A stretch of DNA of 64,000 bases from the human T2T-CHM13v2.0 reference genome, Homo sapiens. Position 1 is the stretch's first letter. Every line of letters begins with the position of its first letter. Positions 1 to 13,270 of this stretch are shown here, in pieces. The translations under genes were made by a program, and so were the position numbers. The stretch lies in NCBI RefSeq assembly GCF_009914755.1, contig NC_060926.1; one strand, given 5' to 3'. Under the pieces are notes generated by a model. It did not search any database, was not told the origin of the DNA, and was given only the letters and a program-made list of their open reading frames with translations.

Positions 1-292
1 GAAGTGTAGTGGAGTGGGGAGATGGTTAATGGCTACAAAAATAATACTCAGAAAGAATGAATGACACCTACTATTTGATAACACAACAGGGTGACTATAG
101 TCAGTAATAATTTAATTGTACATTTTAAAATAATTAAGAGTATAATTAGATTGTAACGCAAAGGATAAAGGTTTCAGGGGATAGATACCCCATTCTCCAT
201 GATGTGATTATTTCACATTGTCTGCCAGTATCAAAACATCTCAAGTGCCTCATAAATATATACACCTACTATGTACCTATAAAAATTTAAAA
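1..292 (+). mobile_element. L1MA-type LINE-1 3' end
   Basis: acaacagggtgactatagtc...catgatgtgattatt...tatatacacctactatgtacc followed by an A-rich tail. Confidence 0.75.
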
Positions 293-294
293 AT

Positions 295-960
295 GCAAAT
301 TTAGGAGAATCCAAATTTTTATGAGATAACAAAATTGAGAGAACTCGAGATAGAATGCAAACTAAAACAAATGAATCTAACTCTTTTACAAAGAATCATG
401 TAACCATACTATGGTTACATGTATGTGGTGGAGAAAATGAGCTGACTTAAGTTGGATAACAGTATTTTGAGTAGATACTTATAAAGACTAAAGACAAAAA
501 ATAATTTTATGTAAACATTGTATCATAGTTTGTAAATTTGCTTCTCACAGTGCTATAGAATAACAATTTAAAACTACTTTATATGTATAGAAGTGTTGGA
601 TCAATAAGTAAATATGTTGTAAATAATGAGAACCATGTTTCTCTCTGTGAAGAAAAAAGTTACAAATAAGGAAAGGTGGAACTCCATTATTCTGGATTGC
701 AGTTGGATTGCCAGAGAAAGAGACAGAAATAAAAATTGGTATGTCTGTATGCATGAATTTATTTCCTATATCTGTCCCCTATAAGCAGGGATGTCCCAAG
801 AGCAATGAGCATACCTAGAAGAAGGATCTTGATTTTTAGAAATAATTTTCCAATAAAAGGAATCAGGGCCGTATAGAAAGGTGATTGATTTCACACTGGG
901 TGAGAGAAAATACAAGATATAACTAAGGCATTGGCGATCCCATAATATAAAAACACACAT
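295..960 (+). mobile_element. Old L1 (L1MC-like) 3' region, continuing at ~7447-8340
   Basis: L1MC 3'UTR-like motifs (aatgaatctaac, cctagaagaaggatcttg, gaaaatacaagat). Confidence 0.55.
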
Positions 961-989
961 AGAGATGATAGACAGATAGATAGATAGAT

Positions 990-1052
<63 letters not shown>

Positions 1053-1055
1053 TAG
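961..1055 (+). repeat. (GATA)n microsatellite, part 1
   Basis: Visible tetranucleotide array. Confidence 0.95.
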
Positions 1056-1604
1056 TATGATGGTTAATATTAGGGGTCAACTTGGTTGAAGGAAGCCTAG
1101 ATAGCTGGTAAAGTATTGTTTCTGGGTGTGTCTGAGAGGATGTTGCCAGAAGAGATTAACATTTGAGTCAGTGGACTGGAAGAGGAAGATCCAACTCTCA
1201 ATTTGGGTGGACACTATCCAGTTGGCTACCAGCATGGCTAGAATAAAGCAGGTGGAAAAAGGTGCAATAAGCTGGCTTGCTGAGTCTTCTATCTTTCATC
1301 TTTCTCCCATGCTGGATGCTTCCTGCCCTTGAACATCAGACTCCAGGTTCTTCAGCCTTTGGATTCTTGGACTTATATATCAGTGACTTGCTGGGGGATC
1401 TTGGGCCTTTGGCCACAGACTGAAGGCTGCACTGTGGGATTCCCTACTTTTGAGGCTTTTGGACTCAGAATGAGCCACTACTTGCTTTCTTCCTCCAGCT
1501 TATTATGCAACTTTACCTTGTGAACATGCAAGTCAATATTCTCCTTAATAAACTCCCTTTCAGATATATAGTCTCCTATTAGGCCTGCCCCTCCGGAGAA
1601 CCCT

Positions 1605-1606
<2 letters not shown>
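1056..1606 (+). mobile_element. MLT2A (MLT2A2-like) ERVL solo LTR
   Basis: tgatggttaatatt...gtcaactt...gagtcagtggactgg...aataaactccc...ggagaaccct. Confidence 0.8.
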
Positions 1607-1657
<51 letters not shown>

Positions 1658-1670
1658 GATAGAAAGAAAG

Positions 1671-1725
<55 letters not shown>
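1607..1725 (+). repeat. (GATA)n microsatellite, part 2
   Basis: Visible array with a short GAAA interruption. Confidence 0.95.
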
Positions 1726-2724
1726 TGTCAGGCCTCTGAGCCCAAGCTAAGCCATCATGTCCCCTGTGACCTGCACGTTCACATCCAGATTTCCAGTTCC
1801 TGCCTTAACTGATGACATTCCACCACAAAAGAAGTGAAAATGGCCTGTTCCTGACTTAACTGATGACATTGTCTTGTGAAATTCCTTTTCCTGGCTCATC
1901 TTGGCTCAAAAGCTCTCCCACTGAGTACCTTGTGACCCCCAGTCCTGCCCGCCAGAGAACCCCCCTTTTTCCTTTACCTACCCAAATCCTATAAAACGGC
2001 CCCACCCCTATCTCCCTTTGCTGACTCTCTTTTCGGACTCAGCCCACCTGCACCCAGGTGAAATAAACAGCTTTATTGCTCACACAAAGCCTGTTTGGTG
2101 GTCTCTTCACACGGATGCGCATGAAATTTGGTGCCATGACTCAGATTGGGGGACCTCCCTTTGGAGATCAATCCCCTGTCCTCCTGTTCTTTGCTCCGTG
2201 AAAAAGATCCACCTATGACCTCAGGTCCTCAGAACCACCAGCCCAAGAAACATCTCACCAATTTTAAATTGGGTAAGCGGCCTCTTCTTACTCTTTTCTC
2301 CAACCTCTCTCACTATCCCTCAACCACTTTCTCCTTTCCACTCTTCAATCTCTCCCTTCTCTTAATTTCAATTCCTTTCATTTTCTGGTAGAGACAAAGG
2401 AGACACATTTTATCCGTGGACCCAAAACTCCGGCGCCGGTCACAGACTGGGAAGGCAGCCTTCCCTTGGTGTTTAATCATTGCAGGGACACCTCTCTGAT
2501 TATTCACCCAGGTTTCAGAGGTGCCAGACCACACAGGGACACCTGCCTTGGTCCTTCACCCTTAGCGGCAAGTCCCGCTTTTCTGGGGAAGGGGCAAGTA
2601 CCCCAACCCCTTCTCTCTGTGTCACTATCCCTTCTCCACCTTTCTGGGGGGCAGAAAACCTCCAACCCCTTCTCCTTCACCCTTAGCGGCAAGTCCCACT
2701 TTTCTGGGGGGAGGGGCAAGTACC

Positions 2725-2880
2725 ACAACCTCATATCTCTGCAACCCAATCCCTTATTTCTGTGCCCTGACCTCTTATCTCTGTGCTCCAATCCCTTATT
2801 TCTGTGCCCTGACCTCATATCTCTGTGCTCTGATCCCTTATTTCTGTGCCCTGACCTTGTATCTCTGTGCCCCGACCCCT
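2725..2880 (+). repeat. ~41-bp tandem repeat (about 4 copies) in the HERV-H leader
   Basis: Repeated ctcatatctctgtgctccaatcccttatttctgtgccctgac. Confidence 0.85.
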
Positions 2881-3884
2881 TTCCCACTTTTCTCGATGGT
2901 AAGAACCCCCAAACCCCTTCCCTCCGTGTCTCTACTCTCTCTTTTCTCTAGGCTTGCTTCCTTCACTGTGGGCAAACTTCCACCCTCCATTCCTCCTTCT
3001 TCTCCCTTAGCCTGTGTTCTTAAGAACTTAAAACCTCTTTAACTCTCACCTGACCTAAAATCTAAGCATCTTATTTTCTTCTGCAATGCTGCTTGACACC
3101 AATACAAACTCAACAGTAGTTCCAAATAGCCAGAAAACAGCACTTTCAATTTTTCCATCCTGCAAGATCTAAATAATTCTTGTCATAAAATAGGCAAACG
3201 GTCTGAGGTGCCTGATGTCCAGGCATTCTTTCACATGTCAGTCCCTTCCTAGTCTCTGTGCCCAGTGCAACTCATCCCAAATCTTCCTCCTTTCCCTCCC
3301 ACCTGTCCCCTCAGTCCCAACCCCAAGCATCACTGAGTCTTTCTAATCTTCCTTTTCTACAGACCCATCTGACCTCTCTCCTCCTCCCCAGGCTGCTCCT
3401 TGCCAGGCCGAGCTAGGTCCCAATTCTTCCTCAGCCTCTGCTCCTCCACCCTATAATCCTTTTATCACCTCCCCTCCTCACACCTGGTCCGGCTTACAGT
3501 TTCGTTCCGTTACTAGCCCTCCCCCACCTGCCCAGCAATTTACTCTTAAAAAGGTGCCTGGAGCTAAAGGCATAGTCAAGGTTAATGCTCCTTTTTCTTT
3601 ATCCCAAATCAGATAGCGTTTAGGCTCTTTTTCATCAACTATAAAAATCCAGCCCAGTTCATGGCTTGTTCGGCAGCAACCCTGAGACGCTTTACAGCCT
3701 TAGACCCTAAAAAGTCAAAAGGCCATCTTATTCTCAAAATACATTTTATTACCCAATTTGCTCCTGACATTAAATAAAACTCCAAAAATTAAATTCCAGC
3801 CCTCAAACCCCACAACAGGATTTAATTAACCTTGCCTTCAAGGTGTACAATAATAGAAAAAAGTTGTAATTCCTTGCCTCCACT

Positions 3885-4166
3885 GTGAGACAAACCCCAG
3901 CCACATCTCTAGCACACAAGAACTTCCAAATGCCTGAACCGCAGCGGCCAGGCATTCCTCCAGAACCTCCCTCCCCAGGAGCTTGCTACAAGTGCCAGAA
4001 ATCTGGCAGCCAGGCCAAGGAATGCCTGCAGCCCAGAATTCCTCCTAAGCTGCGTCCCATCTGGGGACCCCACTGGAAATCGGACTGTTCAACTCATCTG
4101 GCAGCCACTCCAAGAGCCCCTGGAACTCTGGCCCAAGGCTCTCTGACTGACTCCTTCTCGGCTTAG
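3885..4166 (+). pseudogene. HERV-H gag nucleocapsid remnant
   Basis: CYKCQKSGSQAKEC and HWKSDC degenerate zinc knuckles. Confidence 0.8.
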
Positions 4167-4620
4167 CAGCTGAAGACTGATGCTGCCTGATCACCTCGGA
4201 AGCCCTGTAGACCATCTCGGACGCCGAGCTTCACGTAACTCTCACAGTGGAAAGTAAATCTGTCCCCTTCTTAATCAATATGGAGGCTACCCACTCCACA
4301 TTACCTTACTTTCAAGGGCCTGTTTCCCTTGCCTCCATAACTGTTGTGGGTATGGACAGCCAGGCTTCTAAACCTCTTAAAACTCCCCAACTCTAGTGGC
4401 AACTTAGACAATACTCTTAAGCACTCCTTTTAGTATCCCCACCTGCCCAGTTCCCTTATTAGGCCGAGACACTTTAACTAAATTACCTGCTTCCCTGACT
4501 ATTCCTGGATTACAGCTACATCTCATTGCTGCCCTTCTTCCCAATCCAAAGCCTCCTTTGCATCCTCCTCTTGTATTCCCCCACCTTAACCCACAAGTAT
4601 AAGATACCTCTACTCCCTCC

Positions 4621-5187
4621 TTGGCGACAGATCATGCATCCCTTACCATCTCATTAAAACCTAATCACCCTTACCCTGATCAATGCCAAGATCCCATCCC
4701 ACAGCATGCTTTGAAAGGATTAAAGTCTGTTATCACTCGCCTGCTACAGCATGGCCTTTTAAAGCCTATAAACTCTCCTTACAATTCCCCCATTTTACCT
4801 GTCCTAAAACCGGACAAGCCTTACAAGTCAGTTCAGGATCTATGCCTTATCAACCAAATTGTTTTGCCTATCCACCCCATGGTGCCAAACCCATATACTC
4901 TCCTATCCTCAGTACCTCCCTCCACAACCCATTATTCTGTTCTGGATCTCAAACATGCTTTCTTTACTATTCCTTTGCACCCATCATCCCAGCTTCTCTT
5001 GGCTTTCACTTGGACTGACCCTGACACCCATAAGGCTCAGCAAATTACCTGGGCTGTACTGCCGCAAGGCTTCACAGACAGCCCCCATTACTTCAGTCAA
5101 ACCCAAATTTCATCCTCATCTGTTACCTATCTCGGCATAATTCTCATAAAAACATACATGCTTTCCCTGCTGATCGTGTCCGATTAA
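4621..5187 (+). pseudogene. HERV-H pol (RT) remnant lacking the YxDD motif
   Basis: NSPILPVLKP, VLDLKHAFF and LPQGFTDSP followed by a deletion to VTYLG. Confidence 0.85.
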
Positions 5188-7398
5188 TCTCCCAAACCTC
5201 AATCCCTTACAAAACAACAACTCCTTTCCTTCCTACGCATGGTTAGTGTGGTCAGAATTCTTACACAAGAGCCAGGACCACACCCTGTAGCCTTTCTGTC
5301 CAAACAACTTGACCTTACTGTTTTAGCCTAGCCCTCATATCTCCATGCAGCAGCTGCTGCCGCCCTAATACTTTTAGAGGCCCTCAAAACCACAAACTAT
5401 GCTCAACTTACTCTCTACATTTCTCATAACTTCCAAAATCTATTGTCTTCCTCATACCTGATGCATATACTTTCTGCTCCCTGGCTCCTTCAGCTGTACT
5501 CACTCTTTGTTAAGTCCCACAATTACCATTGTTCCTGGCCTGGACTTCAATCCGGCCTCCCACATTATTCCTGATACCACACCTGACCCCTATGACTGTA
5601 ACTCTCTGATCCAACTGACATTCACCCCATTTCCCCATATTTCCTCCTTTCCTGTTCCTCACCCTGATCACGCTTGATTTATTGATGGCAGTTCCACCAG
5701 GCCTAATCGCCACATACCAGCAAAGACAGGCTATACTATAGTACAAGCCACTAGCCCGCCTCTTAGAACCTCTCATTTCCTTTGCATCATGGAAATCTAT
5801 CCTCAAGGAAATAACTTCTCAGTGTTCCATCTGCTATTCTACTACTCCTCAGGGATTATTCAGGCCCCCTCCCTTCCCTACACATCAAGCTCGAGGATTT
5901 GCCCCACCCAGGACTGGCAAATTAGCTTTACTCAACATGCCCCGAGTCAGAAAACTAAAATACCTCTTAGTCTAGGTAGACACTTTCACTGGATAGGTAG
6001 AGTCCTTTCCTACAGGGTCTGAGAAGGCCACCACAGTCATTTCTTCCCTTCTGTCAGACATAATTCCTCAGTTTAGTCTTCCCACCTCTATACAGTCTGA
6101 TAACAGATGAGCCTTTATTAGTCAAATCAGCCAAGCAGTTTTTCAGGCTCTTAGTATTCAGTGAAACCTGTATATCCCTTATGGTCCTCCATCTTCAGGA
6201 AAAGCAGAATGGACTAAAGGTCTTTTAAGAACACACCTCACCAAGCTCAGCCACCAACTTAAAAAGGACTGGACAATACTTTTATGACTTTCCTTTCTCA
6301 GAAGTCAGACCTGTCCTCAGAATGCTACAAGGTACAGCCCATTTGAGCTCCTGTATAGACGCTCCTTTTTATTAGGCCCCAGTCTCATTCCAGACACCAG
6401 ACCAACTTAGACTGTGCCCCAAAAAAACTTGTCATCCCTACTATCTTCTGTCTAGTCATACTCATATTCACCATTCTCAACTACTCATACATGCCCTGCT
6501 CTTGTTTACACTGCCGGTTTACACTGTTTCTCCAAGCCATCACAGCTGATATCTCCTGATGCTATCCCCAAACTGCCACTCTTAACTCTTGAAGTAAATA
6601 AATAATCTTTGCTGGCAGGACTATGCTGAATTTCCTTAGGAACTCTCTAATCAGATGTCCTGAGTCGTCCCAATTCTTAGACATTTTATACCTGTTTTTC
6701 TCCTTCTGTTATTCCATTTAGTTTTTCAGTTCATACAAAACTGTATCCAGGCCATCACTAATAATTCTAAATGACAAATGTTCCTTCTAACAACCCCACA
6801 ATATCACCCCTTACCACAAAATCTTCCTTCAGCTTAATCTCTCCCACTCTAGGTTCCCACGCTGCCCCTAATCCCGTTCGAAGCAGCCCTGAGAAACATC
6901 GCCCGTTATCTCTCCATACCATCCCCCAAAATTTTCGCTGTCCCAACACTTTACCACTATTTAATTTTATTTTTCTTATTAATATAAGAAGACAGGAATG
7001 TCAGGCCTCTGAGCCCAAGCTAAGCCATCATATCCCCTGTGACCTACACGTACACATCCAGATTGCCGGTTCCTGCCTTAACTGATGACATTCCACCACA
7101 AAAGAAGTGAAAATGGCCTGTTCCTTACTTAATTGATGACATCGTCTTGTGAAATTCCTTCTCCTGGCTCATCCTGTCTCAAAAGCTCCCCCCCTGAGTA
7201 CCTTGTGACCCCCATTCCTGCCCGCCAGAGAACAACCCCCCTTTTTCCTTTACCTCCCCAAATCCTATAAAACGGCCCCACCCCTATCTCCCTTCACTGA
7301 CTCTCTTTTCGGACTCAACCCTCCTGCACCCAGGTGAAATAAACAGCTTTACTGCTCACACAAAGCCTGTTTGGTGGTCTCTTCACATGTACGCTCAT

Positions 7399-7402
<4 letters not shown>

Positions 7403-7446
<44 letters not shown>
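7403..7446 (+). repeat. (GATA)n microsatellite, part 3
   Basis: Visible array directly after the 3' LTR. Confidence 0.95.
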
Positions 7447-8354
7447 TAAAGGAATCAAGCCATAGTAAAAGGGCATAGGTGCCAGTCTGAAAGAGCTTTC
7501 AATGGCCAAAGCTGGAAAAAGTTGAGAATATAAATAATAGTAATATTGATCATAGCCCAAAGAATAAAATAAATATCCTTGAGTCCAAGCTAATATAAAT
7601 AAATAGCGATGATTAGATAAAGAGAAGAGAGAGAAGGGACAGTTCTTTTTTACAGAAGAATTTCAATTTATAACTGTAGAAGAAATGAAGGAAATAGAAA
7701 ATCGCTATTATCGGGGTAATTATTGCTGCAGGCAAAATACTAGGGTTAGTGGACAAACATTTAAAGAAAAACAGAATATTTGCATAATCTCAGAGTTTTT
7801 CTCTCAAAATAAATAATTACTGGTTATAAAGATTAAAATAGTAATTTTGCTGTGGAGAAAATTGGCAGATGCTAGCTTAATCAAGTGATCAACATTAACG
7901 TTGCCAGTAATAGGACATATTGACCTCATGTTCCCTTGATAAGATGCAATGATAAAGGCATGACACCTCTGCTGTATTTTTTTAAATATACAACCTTAAT
8001 AAAATCATGACAAAAGATCAAACAAACCCAAACTGAGGAATATTCTACAAAATAACTAACCAGAATTATTTCAAAGTCTTCAGATCATGAAAGACAAAGA
8101 AAGGCTGAGGAACTGTCACCGACTGGAGGAGACTAAGGTGATATGAAAACTAAATGAAACACAGGATCCTGGATTAGATTCTGAAGCAGACGCAGGAAAT
8201 CCCAATAAATGCCAGTAGTTAGTAGTATTGTAGTAATGTTAATTTCTTGGTTTCTCCGAATTATGTAAAATTCCAACATTAAGGAAAGCTGGTAGAGAGT
8301 ATGCAGAAACTCTTCTATATACCACCTTTCTGTGGTTATTTAACTTTAATTTTA

Positions 8355-9275
8355 AAAAAATAATCAAATATGTGCAGGTCTATTTCTGGATCCTCTATTC
8401 TGTTCCATTGGCTCAGTGGTTTATCTTTATATCACTATCATACTATAGTGATGTCTGAATCACTGTCATTTAACATTGAGTCTCAAAATCAGGTAATGTG
8501 AGTCCTTCAATTTGCTTTTCTCCTCCAAAATAATTTTGCCTCTTTTATTTGCTTATCATTCCCATATCCATTTTAAAATTAGCATAAATTTCTACCAAAA
8601 AAGTTTTGTTCAGATTTTGATTAAATTACATTGACTCTTTAGATTAATTTGAGGGTGAACTGATGTCATAACAATATTGCATCGCCTAATCCATAAACGG
8701 GGTCTCTCTTTCTCTCTATTTAGGCTTTCTTTAATTTTTCTCAGAGATATTTTAACACTTCAAGTGCAGGTCTTGCTCATCTTTTGTCAGATTTATTCCT
8801 AAGTATTTCCTCTTCTTAGATGCTCTTACAATTTTTCTTGATTTTTGAATTTTGATTTTGAATAAGTTATCAAAATATAGAGAAATACAATTAATTTTTA
8901 TATTGACTCTGTATTCTAAAACTTGTTAAACTCATTTATTAGGTCTATGATCTTTTTGTAGATTTCTTGAGGTTCCTATATAGATTATCATATTTTCTGA
9001 TAAAGACTGTTTGACCTCTTCCTTTCTAATCTGTATGACTTTTTTTTTCTTGCCTTATGACATTGGCTAGAAATTTTAATACAAAACAGTTAAAAAGGGT
9101 ACCAAAAGAGATATTCTTGTCTGTCCTAATCCCAATGCAAAAGCTTTCAGTCTTTTATCATTTAAGCATGATGCACAGCTTTAGGTTTTTCATAGGTAAA
9201 CTTCATCAGGTTAAAGAGGTATCTTCTAGTCCTCACGTGCTGAGAGATTTTATTTTAAATTGATGTTAAATATGT
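8355..9275 (-). mobile_element. Old L1M (L1ME/MD-like) ORF2-region fragment
   Basis: tctatttctgga...ctattctgttccattg, gatttattcctaagtattt, ttgccttat..cattggctag. Confidence 0.65.
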
Positions 9276-9309
9276 TATTTATAGTAAATAAGTAATTTTT
9301 ACACATAAT

Positions 9310-9900
9310 TATTTATGAGGATTTAATTACAAGAGTCCCAAACTGGAAACTACCCAAATGTCTTTCACTGGGTGGATGATTAAACAAACTGTGGTCCAGC
9401 CATACTATCCAGCAATAAAAAAGCAACACACTATGAATGGACACGGTAATTTGAATGAAGCTCAAAGGAAATTATGCAAGCAAAAACAGCTAATAATATA
9501 TGTATATAGCAAATTCCACCTATAAAAACTCCATGAAATAATCTAATTATGGGGATCTATAGAAAATTGGTGATAGCAAAGGTTTGGGGATGAAGAAGGG
9601 ATGGGTATAAAGGGATATATATCTCGCTATAAAGGGATAGCAAGAGAGAGTCTTATGCAGTTGTATTTTTTTATATTGTGTTGTGATTGTGGTGGTGGTT
9701 ACACAAAGATACACATCTAATAAAATTTCATGGGGCCACACATACACATACACACACCTGAGTGAATGTATAAAGGATAATATCTGAATAAAATTTATGG
9801 ATTTTACTAAATTGTTTTCTCTGGTTTTGATACTGCCTGGGATCTTTTGCATATTACTTTGAATGTTCCTACGGATCTATAATTATTTCAAATTTAAAAG
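9310..9900 (+). mobile_element. Old L1M 3' end fragment
   Basis: ccaaaactggaaactacccaaatgtc...aaacaaactgtggt...gatctataattatttcaaa. Confidence 0.6.
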
Positions 9901-10859
9901 TTGAGAAAATAACCCTCCCTTGAATCCATTATCCTCCCCAAATAATTTACATTTAGTTCTTCCCCTTCTCTTTCAAACTTTGAAAAAGTGTTACCTGTAT
10001 GAATCATGTCCAATTTCACATCTCCGTTTGACTCATTACATTGAAATTTTACTTCTGCTCTCAGCATTCTTCTGAATTTGCTATCATTAAGGATATCAAT
10101 GAATCAACGTTTGTCAAGTTACCGTTCCACCTCCCATCGAACCAGACTTGCCTCTATGGTATTGTTGATTACCTTTTCTTTCCTGAGGCTCTCTAACTTC
10201 CACGACACCACACTTTTCTGGATCTCTTCACATTTTTGAGTCTCTGATTCTTGCATAAAAACCTATTTTCTACCTGATATTTAAACATTTGTGTATTAGT
10301 TGAGGTGCCAAAATGCAGACACAAAACATTAAACAAGATATAAGTTTGTTTTCCATTCACATAAGATTTTGGACTCAGGCTCTTTTCATATTGTTTTTGA
10401 GCCATCTCTAATTGCTCTCATCTGTTTCTCTGAAGCAGGGACACAGCCTTCTCTGTATTCCAGCCAGTGAGAGGACCAAGTGTCCTCCAAAGTGAATCAG
10501 CTTATCTCTAAATTAGAAATGACCCAACAGCTACACAAATCACCTCCCATCTAATGCCAGTGGCTAAACTTGGTCATAAGGCCATGGAGCTTCAAGCTTG
10601 ATTACCATTGAAGAGAGGGATAATGGATTTGAAAGAGACCCAGGCAGTCTTACATTGGTAGTATTCATCAGGGTTCCATTCTTAATTGGTGTATATTTTT
10701 TTCTTAACTTACACATTCTCAAATAGTGATTTCATCTCTTTTCCTGGTTTTCATTACCTATTTTTATTTCCAGTTGTGGATCTTTGTTTCATCCCTTTCC
10801 CTAGCCCTCTGGACTTCTACAGGCATCTTAACTTGTCTTTCTATCCCTAGAATCTGGAA

Positions 10860-11090
10860 CACTGATTATCAATGGAGAGCAATTTTGTCCTCTGGGGACA
10901 CCTGGCAATGTCTAGAGAGCTTTTTGAATGTCACAACTGAGGCAGAGCAGGGGAAATTGTGCTAGCTATTGGCATCTAGTGGGTAGAGACCCAGGTTGTT
11001 TCTAAACAAAATATGATGCACAAGATATCACTCCACAACAAATGCTTATTTTGTCCAAAATGTCAGTAATGCTGCTGTTGAGAAACCCTG
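10860..11090 (+). mobile_element. MER20 (hAT-Charlie DNA transposon)
   Basis: ggggacacctggcaatgtctagaga...ggcatctagtgggtagag...aaaatgtcagtaatgct...gagaaaccctg. Confidence 0.8.
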
Positions 11091-12659
11091 ACATAAAGCA
11101 ATGCCAGTTTTCTAGTAAAATGTAGTACATTTTGAGAGGATGAATGATTTAGTAAAATGTGTATAAAAGGTAATCTTCACACAGAAGTAGTAAACCTGAG
11201 GCTATCATATGTTGTCACTCCTGATCCACAAGTCAACAATAATAATGATCATGAGTTATTGAGCTTTATATACCTCATCCCATTTTAAATGAACAACAAT
11301 CCTGTGGGATATTATAACATTTTATGGGTGAGTAAACTAAGGCTCAGAAAATTTGATAACTTGCCTAATATCACAGAGCTAGAATACATACCCCAGATTT
11401 TTCTGGCTGTTATAGCACCCCTTAGCCTCTGGGATTCATCTTATTTTCACTTCACACTCAACTCTTTAACCTTGAATGCTTGAACAGTTCAAATATAAAT
11501 TTGATCTCTTATTCTTCCTATGCTGGTGCCTACCCCAGGCAAGGGCAAGTTCCTACCTCAACATTTGTGTTTCTCTCCTTGAGGAAGCTGCAGTATCATT
11601 CTAGCCTAAATTTTTTAGAAGAGGGAAAATTAAGAAAAGTATTACTTACAGATCTGACTCTAGTAAAGCTTTGAACGGGATAGGAATTCCTGAAGACACA
11701 GGTAACCCCTCCCCAGCTCAGTCCCATTAGGAAACCAAAACAGCCTGCTCTTCCTGCTTCTAAAAATTTTCCCTTCTTTAGGCCAGTACATGGACAGTAC
11801 TTGTGAATTAAATTTTCTTAACAATAGTCTTGCTGTTCATATTTTATTTACTCAAGTTCATATTCTGCTCCTCAAGAGCTGTTGGAAAAGTTCTTCCATT
11901 TGAAGGATAGGAAGAATTTTCTTTGAGGGATAAGTCAAGGACCAATGTGGCATAAATAGAGAAAGTATAATCATCTTTCCTTGGATATACACCATCCTGA
12001 GAGGAGAGAGAGAAAGAGACACACTCGTTTCCTTAGTGCTCTTCTTTTGCCTTCTGAATATTATCAATGATTCACTGAAGAGGCTGAATGGAAGAAGAGA
12101 AAGTATTCTATAGGAGAACACGCTAAGGATTTATAAGTCATAGTCACCACAGAGAAAAGAAGTTTTGTTCACTAGCAATTTTAACTATAGTAATTGCCAT
12201 GTACTAGAAAAGAGCAGTGAAGATTGATGCTGGGAATTCCTATAACATTGAAAGCTGGCACACACAAAAATCATCCTACATTTTTAAGCCCATCCCGTTT
12301 TACCTTTCATCTTGTCCCCCTGTAGTTTCTAAAATTATAAACTACCTAAAATGCAGTCAACCAGCAACTCCAGCACACCTATAATATCTAGTACCCCAGA
12401 AATAATACAAAAAATCCTGAATGTTGGCTTTGAAAGGGATGCTGACTGTCCCAACCCTTTTATAGTCCTTGATCCTCAGAGTTTTGTTCTGAATAGGAGT
12501 AGAATGCAAGGAGTTAGTTACAGGTAAAGACAGATAATGTCAGGTGTCTTTCTGGTAATAATTAAAGAAATCAATTGGAATTACTCTATTTCTAATATTT
12601 TTAAACTTTATTGATAAAACCAGAAAATATATAGTTTCAAGTCTTTGGTAACTATGATT

Positions 12660-13270
12660 AGCACCCTTTGAGATGGCCTCCAACAATCTCTGCAACTTGG
12701 TTTGACATCCTTTGTCTAATCCCATCCCCTTGCATGTGAGATAAACATAATGACTTGCTTCTCACCAATAGTATATGACGGAAGTGATGTGATGCCACAT
12801 CCATGATTGGGTAATAAAAGGCCAGGATTTCTGCCTTGCTTTTACTGCTTTCTCTCTTGTTGACACTCTCTCTTGCTCACCCAGTTACCCATTCTGATGA
12901 AGAAAGCTAAAGTATTGTGAGCTGCCTATACGGAGAGAAACTTGGAGGGGCCATGTGACAAGGAACTGAGGGAAGCCTTCAGCCAGCAACCAGCAAGGAG
13001 CTGAGGCCCTCAGTCCAACAGCCCAGGAGGAAATGAATCCTTCCAATAACCATGTCACTGAGTTTGAAATTGAACCTTTCTCCTACCAAACCTTCAGCGG
13101 AGACTACAGCCATGGATGATGCTTTGTTCACCACCTTGTGTGAAACTGATGCTGAGAGCCCAGCTAAGCTATGCCCAGATTTCTGACCTATAAAAACTGT
13201 GATAATATGTGGTTGCTTTCAAGCCACTATATTTTGGGTAGTTTCTTGTGTAGCAGAGGATAACTATTAG
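12660..13270 (+). mobile_element. MLT1F-like MaLR solo LTR
   Basis: agatggcctccaa...aaggaactgagg...cagctaagctatgcccagatttctgacc...aagccact. Confidence 0.7.

Larger units (their letters stand above)
1726..7402 (+). mobile_element. HERV-H provirus, the common ~5.7-kb internally deleted type. 5' LTR7 1726-2126, PBS-His 2129-2146, 3' LTR7 6999-7402, TSD GATAG
   Basis: Paired ~400-bp LTRs beginning tgtcaggcctctgagcccaagc; PBS tggtgccatgactcagat; gag zinc knuckle, RT and integrase remnants; polypurine tract aagaagacaggaa. Confidence 0.97.

Noticed and set aside
766-1080. 104-aa ORF with (YLSI)n repeats, and similarly 7315..7560
   Set aside because: Translation of the (GATA)n microsatellite on the opposite strand.
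2466-2951. Repetitive ORFs on both strands with a spacer-like periodic pattern
   Set aside because: Caused by the ~41-bp tandem repeat of the HERV-H leader. There are no unique spacers, so it is not a CRISPR-like array.
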